Shown: in pieces, positions 52,812 through 63,282 of the stretch | How the letters are laid out: the number at the start of each line of letters is the position of its first letter | How positions within the stretch are numbered: the stretch's first letter is position 1 | Assembly (NCBI RefSeq): GCF_004010195.1 | Contig: NC_057734.1 | Location: 45,271,605 to 45,335,604 of the forward strand | Length of the DNA stretch: 64,000 bases | Reading direction: 5' to 3' | From: Chiloscyllium plagiosum | Taxonomy: Eukaryota | The notes under the pieces: generated by a model | Told to the model about the DNA's origin: nothing | What the model saw: only the letters and a program-made list of their open reading frames with translations | The model's database searches: none | Translations under genes and position numbers: made by a program

Positions 52812-53713
52812 CCAATGTAGATGGTAGTTGATAGGGCAATGCTCAGAGTGCCAATAAGGACAAACTTTACCACCAGCAGCTCCTCCACTTTCATAAGTAT
52901 GACCGGATAATCCCTGGACTCTGTTACACATTGACTATGCCGGCCCTTTCATGGGGTCTATGTTTTTAGTCATTATGGACACACATTCAGAGTGGTTGGA
53001 CATGCATAAAGTTCATTCGACAGTACAGTGATGATGATTGAAAAACTGCGAGCATCTTTTGCAACACACAGGCTCTCAAAAGTGTTGGTCACAGATAGCA
53101 GGGCTTGCTTTAACAGCAGAAAATTTGTGTATTTTCTCAAGTCGAATGGCATTTAGCATGAAAGGACAGGTCCATATCATCCATTGTTCAATGGTCTCAT
53201 GGAAAGACCAGCCCAAACTTTGAAGACAGGCTTAAAGAAACAGACTCTTCTAAGTGAGAGAGACAGTTTCCTTCATCGAGACCATGGGAATGTCCTTGCA
53301 TGGGTACGAGGCATGGTTGACATGAGGTCAGGTCCTGTGACGTAAGAGGGGAGATCCTGACCAAGCATGTGGACCACATGAAAGCTGTAACTTCACAAAT
53401 GGACAGGAGCAAAAATACCCAGCCCCTCAGAACATCCAGCAAGGCTGTCAGAACCTGTGGGTTCTCCCGTCCACCTTGCATTGACAAAACCTCTGAGGAT
53501 GATATGGACACAGTAGATGTCACAGCATCGATGCCATTGCCACCTGAAGAAGACAAATTTCTTCCGAGACGCTCTGGGCACAAGGGGTAGGTTTGTTTAA
53601 TGTCGTCAGTAACTGAGGTAGAGTCAGAGGAACCAGACCTGATATGAAAATGCCCCAAGATAAACTGCAGAAAATGAATGAGCCTATACCCCAGAACTTA
53701 AGAGGGGAACAAA

Positions 53714-53948
53714 TGTAGCGAATGGAACAATGTCAGCCAGGTGGCCTCATTGACTATGAGTTCCCTCATTGGGGCTATTAACCTGGTCCAATCATGGAGT
53801 GCTGGCTGACAGATATAAACAGAAGTGTCAGGGGTTCTGCTCACTCTAGGAGCCAATTCTGAGCTAGCTGGGTCAGTGTCATATACAATGCACATATAAA
53901 TAAAGGGTGACATGGTGATGAGATATTGGCCTTCATGGAGTTATTCCA
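53714..53948 (+). mobile_element. 3' LTR of the Gypsy element
   Basis: TG...CA directly after the polypurine tract; internal CCAAT, TATAAA and AATAAA. Confidence 0.75.
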
Positions 53949-54504
53949 GGAGCAATTCTGAGATTCTGTGAAAAAGCCCAGAAGATGAGATTTGTTTTCA
54001 GCAGATTCTTAAAGCAGCATTTTTAGTGCCAACTGGAGATTAGATCTTTCTAGACCTGGTAAGGTGAACAAGACAGGGTTAATAACAGAGAGAAGTTGGG
54101 GCTAAGAACTGCATTTTGAACTTAAGTAATAGCAGTTATGGCGAAAGTGAACTGGAGAACTAGTTTAAGCCATTTGTTTGTAGAGTATTTTTTTTTAAAA
54201 AGGTATTTAGTAACACTCAATAAATAATATTCCAGTGAAAAAGATTGTCCAGAGAAGGTTTCCCTAACTGGCAAATATCCCCAGACAATCTTTACGTGGC
54301 ATTTTTTGATGAATAAATTTAGGCCAGAATATGGGAGGAGGGGGTGGCATAAGGAGGTGATGGGGAGACCTTTTCTAATCTGCTTTCAATGGTGCCCAGG
54401 GATTGTTTTACATTCACCAGAACAAGTAGGCAGTGCTTTGCTTTAATGCCATTCACCAACTTCAGCACTTGAATCATGTAGCATTCCTTCCAAATGACAT
54501 ATAC

Positions 54505-55995
54505 AAAACAGCTTGGGATTTTTCTTAATCCTGTTTGCCAAAGACATTTCCCATTGCCTTTTAGCCCTCCTAATCCCTCATTTGAGATCTTTTCTGTTAT
54601 CTTTGTATTCTTTAAAGGTCCTGTCTGTCACTAATTTCCTAAACCTTACATGTGCTTCCTTTTTTTAACTAAGCTCTCAATTTCTATTGTCATCCAAGGT
54701 TCCTGAATCTTGCCATCCCTTTCTTTTATTTTCACAGGAACATGCTGCTCCTGAATTCCAATCAGCTGGTCTTTAAAAGATTTCCACATGTCAGATGTCA
54801 TTTTACCCTCAAACAGCTACTCCCAATCTACACTCACCAGTTCCTGTCTTATCTTGGCCTTTTCATAATTTTGGTACTTTCAACCAAGGACTTGACTTCT
54901 CTTATCCATAAATAATTTAGAACTTGCAAAATTATGGTCATTGTTTCTGAAATGCTCACCCACTGAAACTTCAATCACCTGGCTGGGCTCATTCCCTAAT
55001 ACCAAATCGAGTATTGTCCCTTCCCAAGGTGAACTATTTAAATCTTCTGGATACACCTAACAAATTCAGTCATCTCTCCCATCCAAGCCATATGTGCATT
55101 AAGCATTTTTAATCCATCAAACATTGCTTCTGCATAACCCATGATTGAGTGTTCGAGTTGGGATGTCATGTTGCAGCTGTACAGGACATTGGTGGCCACT
55201 TTTGGAATACTGAGTTCAGTTCTGGTCTCCCTGCTATCGGAAAGATGTTGTTAAACTTGAAAGGATGCAGAAAAATTTACAAGGATTTTGCCAGGGTTGG
55301 AGGGTTTAAGCCATAGGAAGAGGCTGAATAGGTTGAGGTTATTTCCCCAGAGCATTGGAGACTGAGGGATAACTATGTAGAAGTTTATAAAATCTTGAGG
55401 GACATGGATAGGCTGAATAGCCACGGTCTTTTTCCCAAGATAGGAGAGTCTAAAACTAGAGGGCATAGTTTAAGGTGACAGGGGAAAGATTTAAAAGGAA
55501 CCTAAGGGACAACCTTTTCATACAGAAGGTGGTCATGTATGGAATAAACTGTCAGAGGGAGGTGGTGGAGGCTGGTACAATAATAGCATTTAAAAAGCAT
55601 TTGCCTGGATATATGAATAGGACAGGTTAAGAGAGATATGAGCCAACTGCTGGCAAATGGGACTAGATTACTATAGGATACCTGGTCTGTTTGCATGAAT
55701 TGGACCAAAGGGTCTGTTTCCATGCTGCATCTCTATGAATCTCTTACTTACTGCTATCCAATTATCTTTTTCACACAGAGGGTAGTGCGTGTATGGAATA
55801 AGCTGCCAGAGGAAGTGGTGGAGCTGTCACAGTTACAACATTTAAAAGCTGTCTGGATGGATACATGAGTAGGAAGAGTTTAGAAGAAAATGAGACAAAT
55901 GTTGGCAAATGGATCTAAATCAATGTAGAATATCTGGTGGGCACGGACGAGTTGGACCGAATGGCCTGTTTCCATACTGTACAACACTATGGCTA
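54505..55995. mobile_element. Cluster of CR1 fragments (minus 54505-55050; plus 55140-55995)
   Basis: Homologous to 7600-8200 and to the HER1-like 3' ends. Confidence 0.8.
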
Positions 55996-56446
55996 TATAA
56001 ATGTATTTGTTAAAAGTACTCATTTATTAGTCCTGTGCAGCTATGATCTCAGGTTGAAATCTCTGTGGAGCACAAAATATCCGTGTCGAACTTCTTGTAA
56101 GATTATTTGGAAAGATTATGCAAAACTGCTCTTTTATTTTGAAAAAATCAGTTTTCAAGAGCTGTCCCCTGTTCGCAGTTCACACACCACTTGCGTATAC
56201 ATCACTAGGGCATAACGCTTCATAACCTCAATTGCTTTAGTCCCTGAAATAAAATGAATGTCTCCATTGAGCTGCAATTTTACGTGCCCGGCAGCTTTCT
56301 GAATGTCCCAGCTACTGCTTATTAAAGCGTGTGGTACCAGTAAACAGGAAGAGTGTTTGGGGTTGGGGGGGGGAGCTGGTATGTTATTATCTGACACGGT
56401 TAAGAGCACGCTTCGCCTCCAAAATGCATGCAGATGTTGCTGGCAG

Positions 56447-56457
56447 TTTCCCACGTG
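56447..56457 (-). promoter_or_regulatory. RBPJ/CSL site overlapping a CACGTG E-box
   Basis: TTTCCCACGTG = CGTGGGAAA on the minus strand plus CACGTG; ~2.9 kb upstream of hes5. Confidence 0.55.
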
Positions 56458-57616
56458 CCGAGAAGAAAGGCCAGTTTAGTAGCGGTCACAAGCCTGACCT
56501 GTCCATAAAAAAACAAATGGACCGCAGTAATTGGCCGCGCATGCGCCTTCGCTTCCTCTGTTCTCTTTCAAAAGCAGCAACTTAGATTAGCGCCTGACAT
56601 GCCAATCCCAGTTTCTAGGGCACAAATATTAAAATGGAAGCCAACCCATAGAAATATCTTTTATACCTCTCCCATAGATTCATTGGTTGCCAGTAAAGGT
56701 ATTTTGCTAATCATTTCGAACCGTGACTGCAGTTTGGGGCTTCTTTCTCTATCTGGACCTAGGCAGGTCTCAGTCAACCGAGTCTGTCACTATTCAGGAA
56801 TCGAGATCAGAATTTCTTCTCAACCTGGTCAGAAATATTACTACATATCTCTAGAGCAGGTGGGAATTGAACCTAGGCCTTCTGGCTTAGAGGAGGGACA
56901 TGAACGCGGCGCTACAAGGACCCTAGTAACTCGTCATGTTCACCTATAAAGTTTAAATATCAATCAAAGGATAACTTTTGTTTAAACACCTTTTTTAACA
57001 CCGTTCCGATTCGTAAACAAGTACTTTTTCCACTCCCCTTCTTGCTACGTTGGGCAGCTGTCCTTTCCAGCATTGATTTCTTGTTGATTCCCTGCAGTGT
57101 CGGATTATCATAACACCCATTTTGTTTACAAAAACATGAAAGAACTGCGGATGCTGGAAATCGGAAACCAAAACAGAAAGCGATGGAAAAACTCAACAGG
57201 TTCGGCAGCATCTGGAGAGAGAAAGAGAGTTAATCTGTTCGGGTCGATGACCTTTCATTAGGGGTTAACTTTTATTTATATTTTTAAAGGGAAGAAACGT
57301 GATACCAAAATAATGAAGACCCCGCCCAAATGAACTGATATTGTGAACCCTCTGAGAAAATGCAACCATGACTTTAAGATTTTATTGTAATCTAACAGCC
57401 TGAAATATATCAAAATTGTGATTAGTGCTAGAGTGTAATTCATATAGAATTCGGCTTTTGATGCAGGTGAACAAAGCCAATTTTTAAACTTCCGCATAAA
57501 CTCTGGGTCGTGCAGGTGTTTCCTATGTTCCTGAGTGAGACGAACAAGCTGAACTCACGGTGGATTGATCTGATCCAAGACATTTTCCGCAGCGCTGAGA
57601 TCTCTGATACTGCCCG

Positions 57617-57627
57617 TTTCCCACGTG
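57617..57627 (-). promoter_or_regulatory. RBPJ/CSL site overlapping a CACGTG E-box
   Basis: Second TTTCCCACGTG; CAGCTG E-box at 57651-57656. Confidence 0.55.
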
Positions 57628-58228
57628 TTAAGAAACAAAGAGGACGCGTGCAGCTGGTGCCTTTCAACAGAGACTTGGCTCACATCATTTATTCGGGCAT
57701 TAACCACCGAACAGTTGGTGAAATGGATCTGAAATACTAACAGAATGTTGCACATACAGACTCCCACGTTTGAACAGATCATCTATTTTTCCTGGCTCTC
57801 CCACACGCACGGACACATATATGTTCATCAGGCGTACACAGTTACAAACATTAAACAATTATTAGGTACAACAGTCGGGTATTCATTTTATTTAAATCCC
57901 GCTGATTCAGTAACTTGATAATGGAAAACATGAGTTCCTGCAAAGATTTCAGTACTAGAATATTTTTGCAAAGCGTTAATGCCATAAGATTAAAGTTATT
58001 GCAATCTGCTTCTTGGGTGCAACAATGAAGATAATTTGTCTTTGATCATAATGTTTTGGGAATTGATTTGTAATACACCCATGATCCTCTCTATCTTTAT
58101 TTTGAAATGATATATTTCTCCAGCTTTAATTCAGCTGGATATGGTTGTGTCATCTATCGCACCACTCTATTGACTTGATGTTTCGAGGGCTAAAGCTGAA
58201 TTAACTGGGAAACGGCAAATATCTAACC

Positions 58229-58246
58229 TTGCAGCAGGGGGCGCTC
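58229..58246 (+). promoter_or_regulatory. CTCF-like motif
   Basis: TTGCAGCAGGGGGCGCTC; one mismatch to the core CCAGCAGGGGGCGCT. Confidence 0.55.
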
Positions 58247-59232
58247 TACTACGGTTTAGATGATGTCACTGTGAGGACGATTTATTCTGCTGAATTTAAC
58301 ATCGTGTAGTTGATCAATGATGCCTGTTGGTACCTGAAATGGAAATAATAACCTTCTTCACCTCCATCAAAAAAATAACAAATTCTATGTATTTACAAAC
58401 AGAGCAATAACGAGTTGCATTGATTCACTCTCTTTGCTTGTGTTCTTTCCAATGCTACAAATCTTGCCTGAGGAAGTTCATTTTTATACACACAAAAGTC
58501 TCCTGATTTAAAGTCAAACTACATGATATATTTTCTTCTTTAATCTTTAGGGGTTCTGAAACAGCACATCAGCATGAAGTTCGCTAATATTAAATTGAGA
58601 AATGCAAAAGTATTTGGATTATTAATAAACCTGTTCAAAAGAGGATCCCAATAGTTTGCCTTTCTGACCTATATAGCAATACATATTAAGATGATTCCGA
58701 TTACCAAAAATTACCAGTTGTGGAACTAAAAAGAGGAGAGGAGACTGGGGAGAACTGTGAATGAAATGTTAGAAATTGGAAACGGAAAATGTACTCGTTT
58801 GAATTTTTTTTTACTGTGAATGGTCACTTTTTAAAACAGACTGTAAGCTCACACCGATTGGATATTAGAAACGCGCAATTAACAGTAGTGGACAGAATGA
58901 ACGTCCTCCACATGCTAACATCTGTGATCTCACAGGTTTTATTCTTCAAAGTAAAAAGGATGTGGAGGAGGGTGGGGGGGAGATTACTTTAAAATGGACC
59001 AGCGGTGTACGAACAAGCATACTTTCTGTCACAGAATTCCCTCCATAACAATGACAGGAGGATCTTTCCCAGGGTCCTATAACCTCAGATGAGAGTAATT
59101 TCCTCTGACTTACTGTGTCATACGTGCCGTCCAGATGGTCCTCAGAGACTGCTGCAGACAAAGGGTTGAAAACGGCCCTTAATTCAGCATTTAGAATGAA
59201 AAGCTTCTGCTATTGTGGCTCCGACGCTTTCG

Positions 59233-59306
59233 ATTGGCTGCCGACTGTGGGAAACACCAAGAGAAACAGGCACACGCTCTCTTATGGGCAGGAGGGCGGA
59301 TAAATA
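59233..59306 (+). promoter_or_regulatory. hes5 proximal promoter (CCAAT, RBPJ site, GC box, TATA-like)
   Basis: ATTGG 59233-59237, TGTGGGAAA 59246-59254, GGGCGG 59294-59299, GATAAATA 59299-59306; ATG at 59392. Confidence 0.75.
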
Positions 59307-59391
59307 GCGTAGCAGGACCCCTTCCCTCAGCAGCGTCTCTCCAGCCGATCCCAGTCTCAAAGCTAACTGCGGCGCAGTCTGCTCCAAAAGA

Positions 59392-60114
59392 ATGGCTCCT
59401 AAAACCTCCGGAGGTAGTCCAAAGGAATATTCCGAGGAAAAGATCACACGAAAGGAGAAGTACAAGGTAAGTAAGTCTCTGCGCTTTTTTTAAAAAGGGA
59501 ATGATTCAGGGTTTCTTAAAGGTCGTGTTCTACATGAAAAGCTGTTGTTAATTCGCTTCGCTTTTCCTTTCTCAGTTAATGAAGCCAATTATCGAGAAAA
59601 AGCGCCGAGATCGCATCAACAGCAGCATTGGGCAACTCAAGGCTTTATTGAGGGAAGAATTTCAGAATCAGGAGCCCAACATGAAAATGGAGAAAGCTGA
59701 CATCTTAGAGATGACCGTGAATTACCTGAAACTGCATAACCAGAGAATGTTCACAGGTACCTGTCACTGTGTGTTTGCTGATTAACCAGGCTCTGTTGAT
59801 AGCTCGTTATCATTACCCAATAATATCCATCTAAGCCGGTTTGTTTGCTTCTACCTGCAGTGACCTACAGCAAGAGCCTCACCCAGAATTTTAAAGAAGG
59901 CTATTCCCGCTGTCTGCAGGAGATTCAGCATTTCAGCTTCTCCCCGGAGGGCACAAGCGACGTGCAGAACAAGCTGGTGAACTATTTGCACAGAGCTCAG
60001 GAGCCGGCTAAGGGCCTGTGTTACCCACTTCCTCCCATTCAGCTTCCAGTCTGTCAACCGGTAACCAAGCAAGAACTGAAACCCAGCGTCACAGTGCTCT
60101 GGAGACCCTGGTAG
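59392..60114 (+). CDS. hes5: Transcription factor HES-5-like (bHLH-Orange, WRPW), 3 exons, 169 aa
   Basis: Exons 59392-59466, 59576-59756, 59861-60114 with GT-AG introns in phases 0 and 1; 510 nt in frame. MAPKTSGG...EKYK|LMKPIIEKKRRDRINSSIGQLKALL...MEKADILEMTVNYL...|..FKEGYSRCLQE..LWRPW*. Confidence 0.95.
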
Positions 60115-60728
60115 GGAGAGCTGAAAGACGTTTGCTGTGAGCAAGGAAGAGAAAGTTACACGCGTGAAACGCTAGAGTTGTACCCTGGTGTGAAATAGTA
60201 TTCCATAATGGAAGAACTATTATTTAATGCTCTTCTCTGAAGAAAATCGAAATTATTTTAATATATGAATTATTTTCGTTTAATTTTAAAACGTGACTGC
60301 CAGGTTATGGGGTATTCTGCAATATTTGTAGGTGACTAATATCATACATAAACTGGCAGCTAACTCGGTCATTGGGCTGCCTATTATATGTAGGCAGTGC
60401 TATCCGAGCTGTCCTTTTATAAAGGAATGTCAGTGATGTGTTGTGAGTAGTCTTTTCACTGAGGGCTGTCTGTATCTTTTTTAAAAGGAAGTGCCTTGAG
60501 TGTATGCTGATGTACCAGTATGCAGACGAGTGTCATAGAGTGCCTTGCATTATCGTGAGTTTTTCAACATTTAAAGATCAATCGGTTCGATTATTCCTTG
60601 TGTATTGTTAGTGTGACAGATATTTTACTCTATTCCATTTCGTAATGTTCCCTGCGTATTACAGGAATTTGCTGCTTGTATTATCTCCTGCACATTGATG
60701 CAAATTCTTCTTTGGCTATCTAAATGCT

Positions 60729-60835
60729 AGGAGAAAATGAGGACTGCAGAAGTGCTTATGCCCGTTATGTAGATTCTCCTGCTCCTCGATGCTGCCTGGC
60801 TGGCCGTGCTTTTCCAGCACCACATTCTTCGTCTC
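60729..60835. mobile_element. Internally deleted palindromic Penelope-like-derived element downstream of the hes5 stop
   Basis: Tail ggagaaaatgaggactgcag plus one arm; flanked by ctatcta(a)atgc repeats. Confidence 0.6.
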
Positions 60836-61057
60836 CTATCTAATGCCCTTGCCCTGTAACAATGCGGGATATGAATCAAGCCTCAATCCCAAGTTTCACT
60901 GTATATTGCATTGTAACAATGCTGATCTAAATATATTCCTCTATTCATGGTTCTGGTTGTAAATATGTCCTATCTATACTGATGGTGAATCCATGCACAA
61001 GCTATAATCACAATCCTATGTTAAAATCGTTATTTCATTGTAACAATGCTAATTCTG

Positions 61058-61063
61058 AATAAA
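61058..61063 (+). terminator. Candidate hes5 polyadenylation signal
   Basis: First canonical AATAAA I found downstream of the stop codon. Confidence 0.4.
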
Positions 61064-61769
61064 TGATTGCATTGACAATTCCTTCTCTGTGTCTAAGTGA
61101 ATGTATGTTAAGCAGTCCGTAATCCGTTTATAATTGGCAATTACACCTGTGCCACTAAAAGTCAAAACAGCTGAGATATGCTTATAAGGTATTTTTAGTG
61201 CAGATTTCCCACAACCAACACCAGTCATATTTATGTCTGTATATTATATTGATTTATTTAGGTAATTTCTCATTTTTATTGCTTAAATTAATGCCGTTTG
61301 TGTCTTTTAATGACACTTCATGTAAAATCTATCAGGCATGACTGATTGGGGGAGTGAATCAGTGTTCAGCTGCTAATTGCTGCCAATATTTTGACAGAGC
61401 GGATTAGCATAGAGTCCCGGTGATAGCACATACCTTACTCTCTGTCTCATATTTTCTGTTCAGTTCTTGTTGCTTGCAGTAATTTCTTCATTATTAGCAT
61501 CATTTTATTCCAACAAGTAAGGATATATTGTGAGACAGTGGTAATGTCCCTACCTCTGGGACAGAAGGCACAGGTTGAAGTCTCACTGGCTTTAGTTTTG
61601 TGTGCTAACAGATCTGAACACGTTAATTATCATATCAATTACCACAAGCAAATTCACATTAAACAATTATTAGTTAATTAATCCTGAGTTGAGGCAAAAT
61701 TTGTATCGCATTCATGAGTTAACCTTTCAATATTTGACTTGACATGTACACAATTACCACATTAAGGGT

Positions 61770-61990
61770 TGAAAATGTGTTGCTGGAAAAGCGCAGCAGG
61801 TCAGGCAGCACCAAGGAGCAGGAGAATCGACGTTTCGGGCATAAGCCCTTCTTCAGGAAGGGCCCTGAAGAAGGGCTTATGCCCGAAACATCGATTTCCC
61901 CTGCTCCTTGGATGCTGCCTGACCTGCTGCGCTTTTCCAGCAACACATTTTCAGCTCTGATCGCCAGCATCTGCTGTCCTCACTTTCTCC
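61770..61990. mobile_element. Short palindromic Penelope-like-derived element with hammerhead cores
   Basis: ~90-bp arms around ~61860; perfect 15-bp TSD TACCACATTAAGGGT at 61755-61769 and 61991-62005; CTGAAGA-aGGGC ttat GCCC-GAAA on both strands. Confidence 0.9.
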
Positions 61991-62569
61991 TACCACATTA
62001 AGGGTAGACCTGGATTTCATAGAGGAAAAGACAAATGTGGAAACTGATAGAAACTCAAATATATCCTCAAAAGTTTAATGCAAGCGTCATTCAGTTTTGT
62101 AGGGTTAAACTGGGCCTGCAGAGTTTTACAGTAGAGTCTGTGTTTGGCTTTGGAGGAGGGGGATGGGGCAACTCATTAAGAGACATAACTTGATAAGACT
62201 AAGAGAATGATTCGACATAGCTAATTGACTGAATGCACATACTTGGAAATGTACATCCACAACAAACATACTAAGTAAGGGCAGAAGTAGACATTCAGCC
62301 CCTCGAGCCTAAACCACTATTCAATCCGGTCATGGCTGATCTATTTGTATTTTGAATTTCACGTTCCCATTACCCTTGATTGCCTTGCCTAAGAGAAATT
62401 ATCCACCTCTGTCTTTAAAATATTTGAAGACATTGCCCCCAGAGTGTTCCATAGTCCCATAACACTTTGAGAGAACATAATTCTGCTCATCTCTGTCCTG
62501 AAAGGGCATGCATTTAAGATCACAGATTATGAGAGAGAGGGCCCTAATGGAAATGACACAGGGCAAATA

Positions 62570-62830
62570 ATTAAGAGGGCCAGAGCATAGGTTCAAATCC
62601 CTTCATGTTAGTAGCGATGACCATGAAACTCTCTTCAATTGCTTTAAAAGAAAATCTTGTTCACTAATGTCACTTAAGGAGTCAAATCCATTATGGTTAT
62701 CTGGTCTGGCCCAAATGTGACTCCACGCTCACAGCAATGTGATTGGCTCTTATTTGCCCTTTGCAATTCCTGATCAAGTTACTCAGTTCAAGGTCACATA
62801 GTGGTTCTGAGCAAGTTTTGGCCTTTAAGT
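62570..62830 (+). mobile_element. Deu-domain SINE (SacSINE1-like), decayed
   Basis: B-box-like ggttcaaatccc, then gttcactaatgtc...tggtctggcc..atgtgactcca..cacagcaatgtg. Confidence 0.7.
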
Positions 62831-63225
62831 TGACAGTTGAATACAGGTGGCATTTATCGGAGTGTCAATGAAGGGAGAACAGGTCATGGAGTCAAAGAGA
62901 CAAATAGAATGGAAACAGTCCCTTCGGTCCAACTCATCCATGCTGACCAGGTTTCCCCAGCTAAACTAGCCCCATTTCTGAAGTGAAAGTAGAAAGCCCC
63001 CTATACCCAGAGCCAGCTGGCAGCACCACCATTAACAGGAAACAGCGAGCAAACATAAATGGGTATTTGTGAGGTTGGCAAGTTGAAGTAAGTGGAATGT
63101 CACAGGGCTCAGTGTGGGACCTCACCTATTTAGACCATACAAAATGTGGTGGCAGTGACGGTGAATTATATTGTGGATTGCTTGGAAGTGTGGGTGAACT
63201 GGGATCAAAGTAGTTGTTATCAGTT

Positions 63226-63282
63226 CAATGTACAATTTTACCAGTACAATGTACAATTTTATCATTACAATGTACAATTTTA
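63226..63282 (+). repeat. 21-bp tandem repeat (~2.7 copies)
   Basis: caatgtacaatttta(c/t)ca(g/t)ta units. Confidence 0.8.

Larger units (their letters stand above)
46200..53948 (+). mobile_element. Decayed Gypsy/Ty3 LTR retrotransposon (gag-PR-RT-RH-IN + 3' LTR), host to nested insertions
   Basis: gag (AILLTAC..SLTLPEAPDIKTF); PR (IWLNGHQVLM); RT (FTKLDLSHTYLQ, RLPLG); RNase H (CNASPYG, MDHKLLLGLL..EIQRW..NAD); IN (HIDYAGPF..LVIMDTHSEW); polypurine tract at ~53700. Confidence 0.9.

Noticed and set aside
56860-56866. RBPJ site GTGGGAA
   Set aside because: Lies in the B-box region of a tRNA-derived SINE remnant (minus strand); likely incidental.
59579-59785. Separate small proteins from ORFs 59579-59785 and 59845-60114
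   Set aside because: They are exons 2 and 3 of the spliced hes5-like gene.
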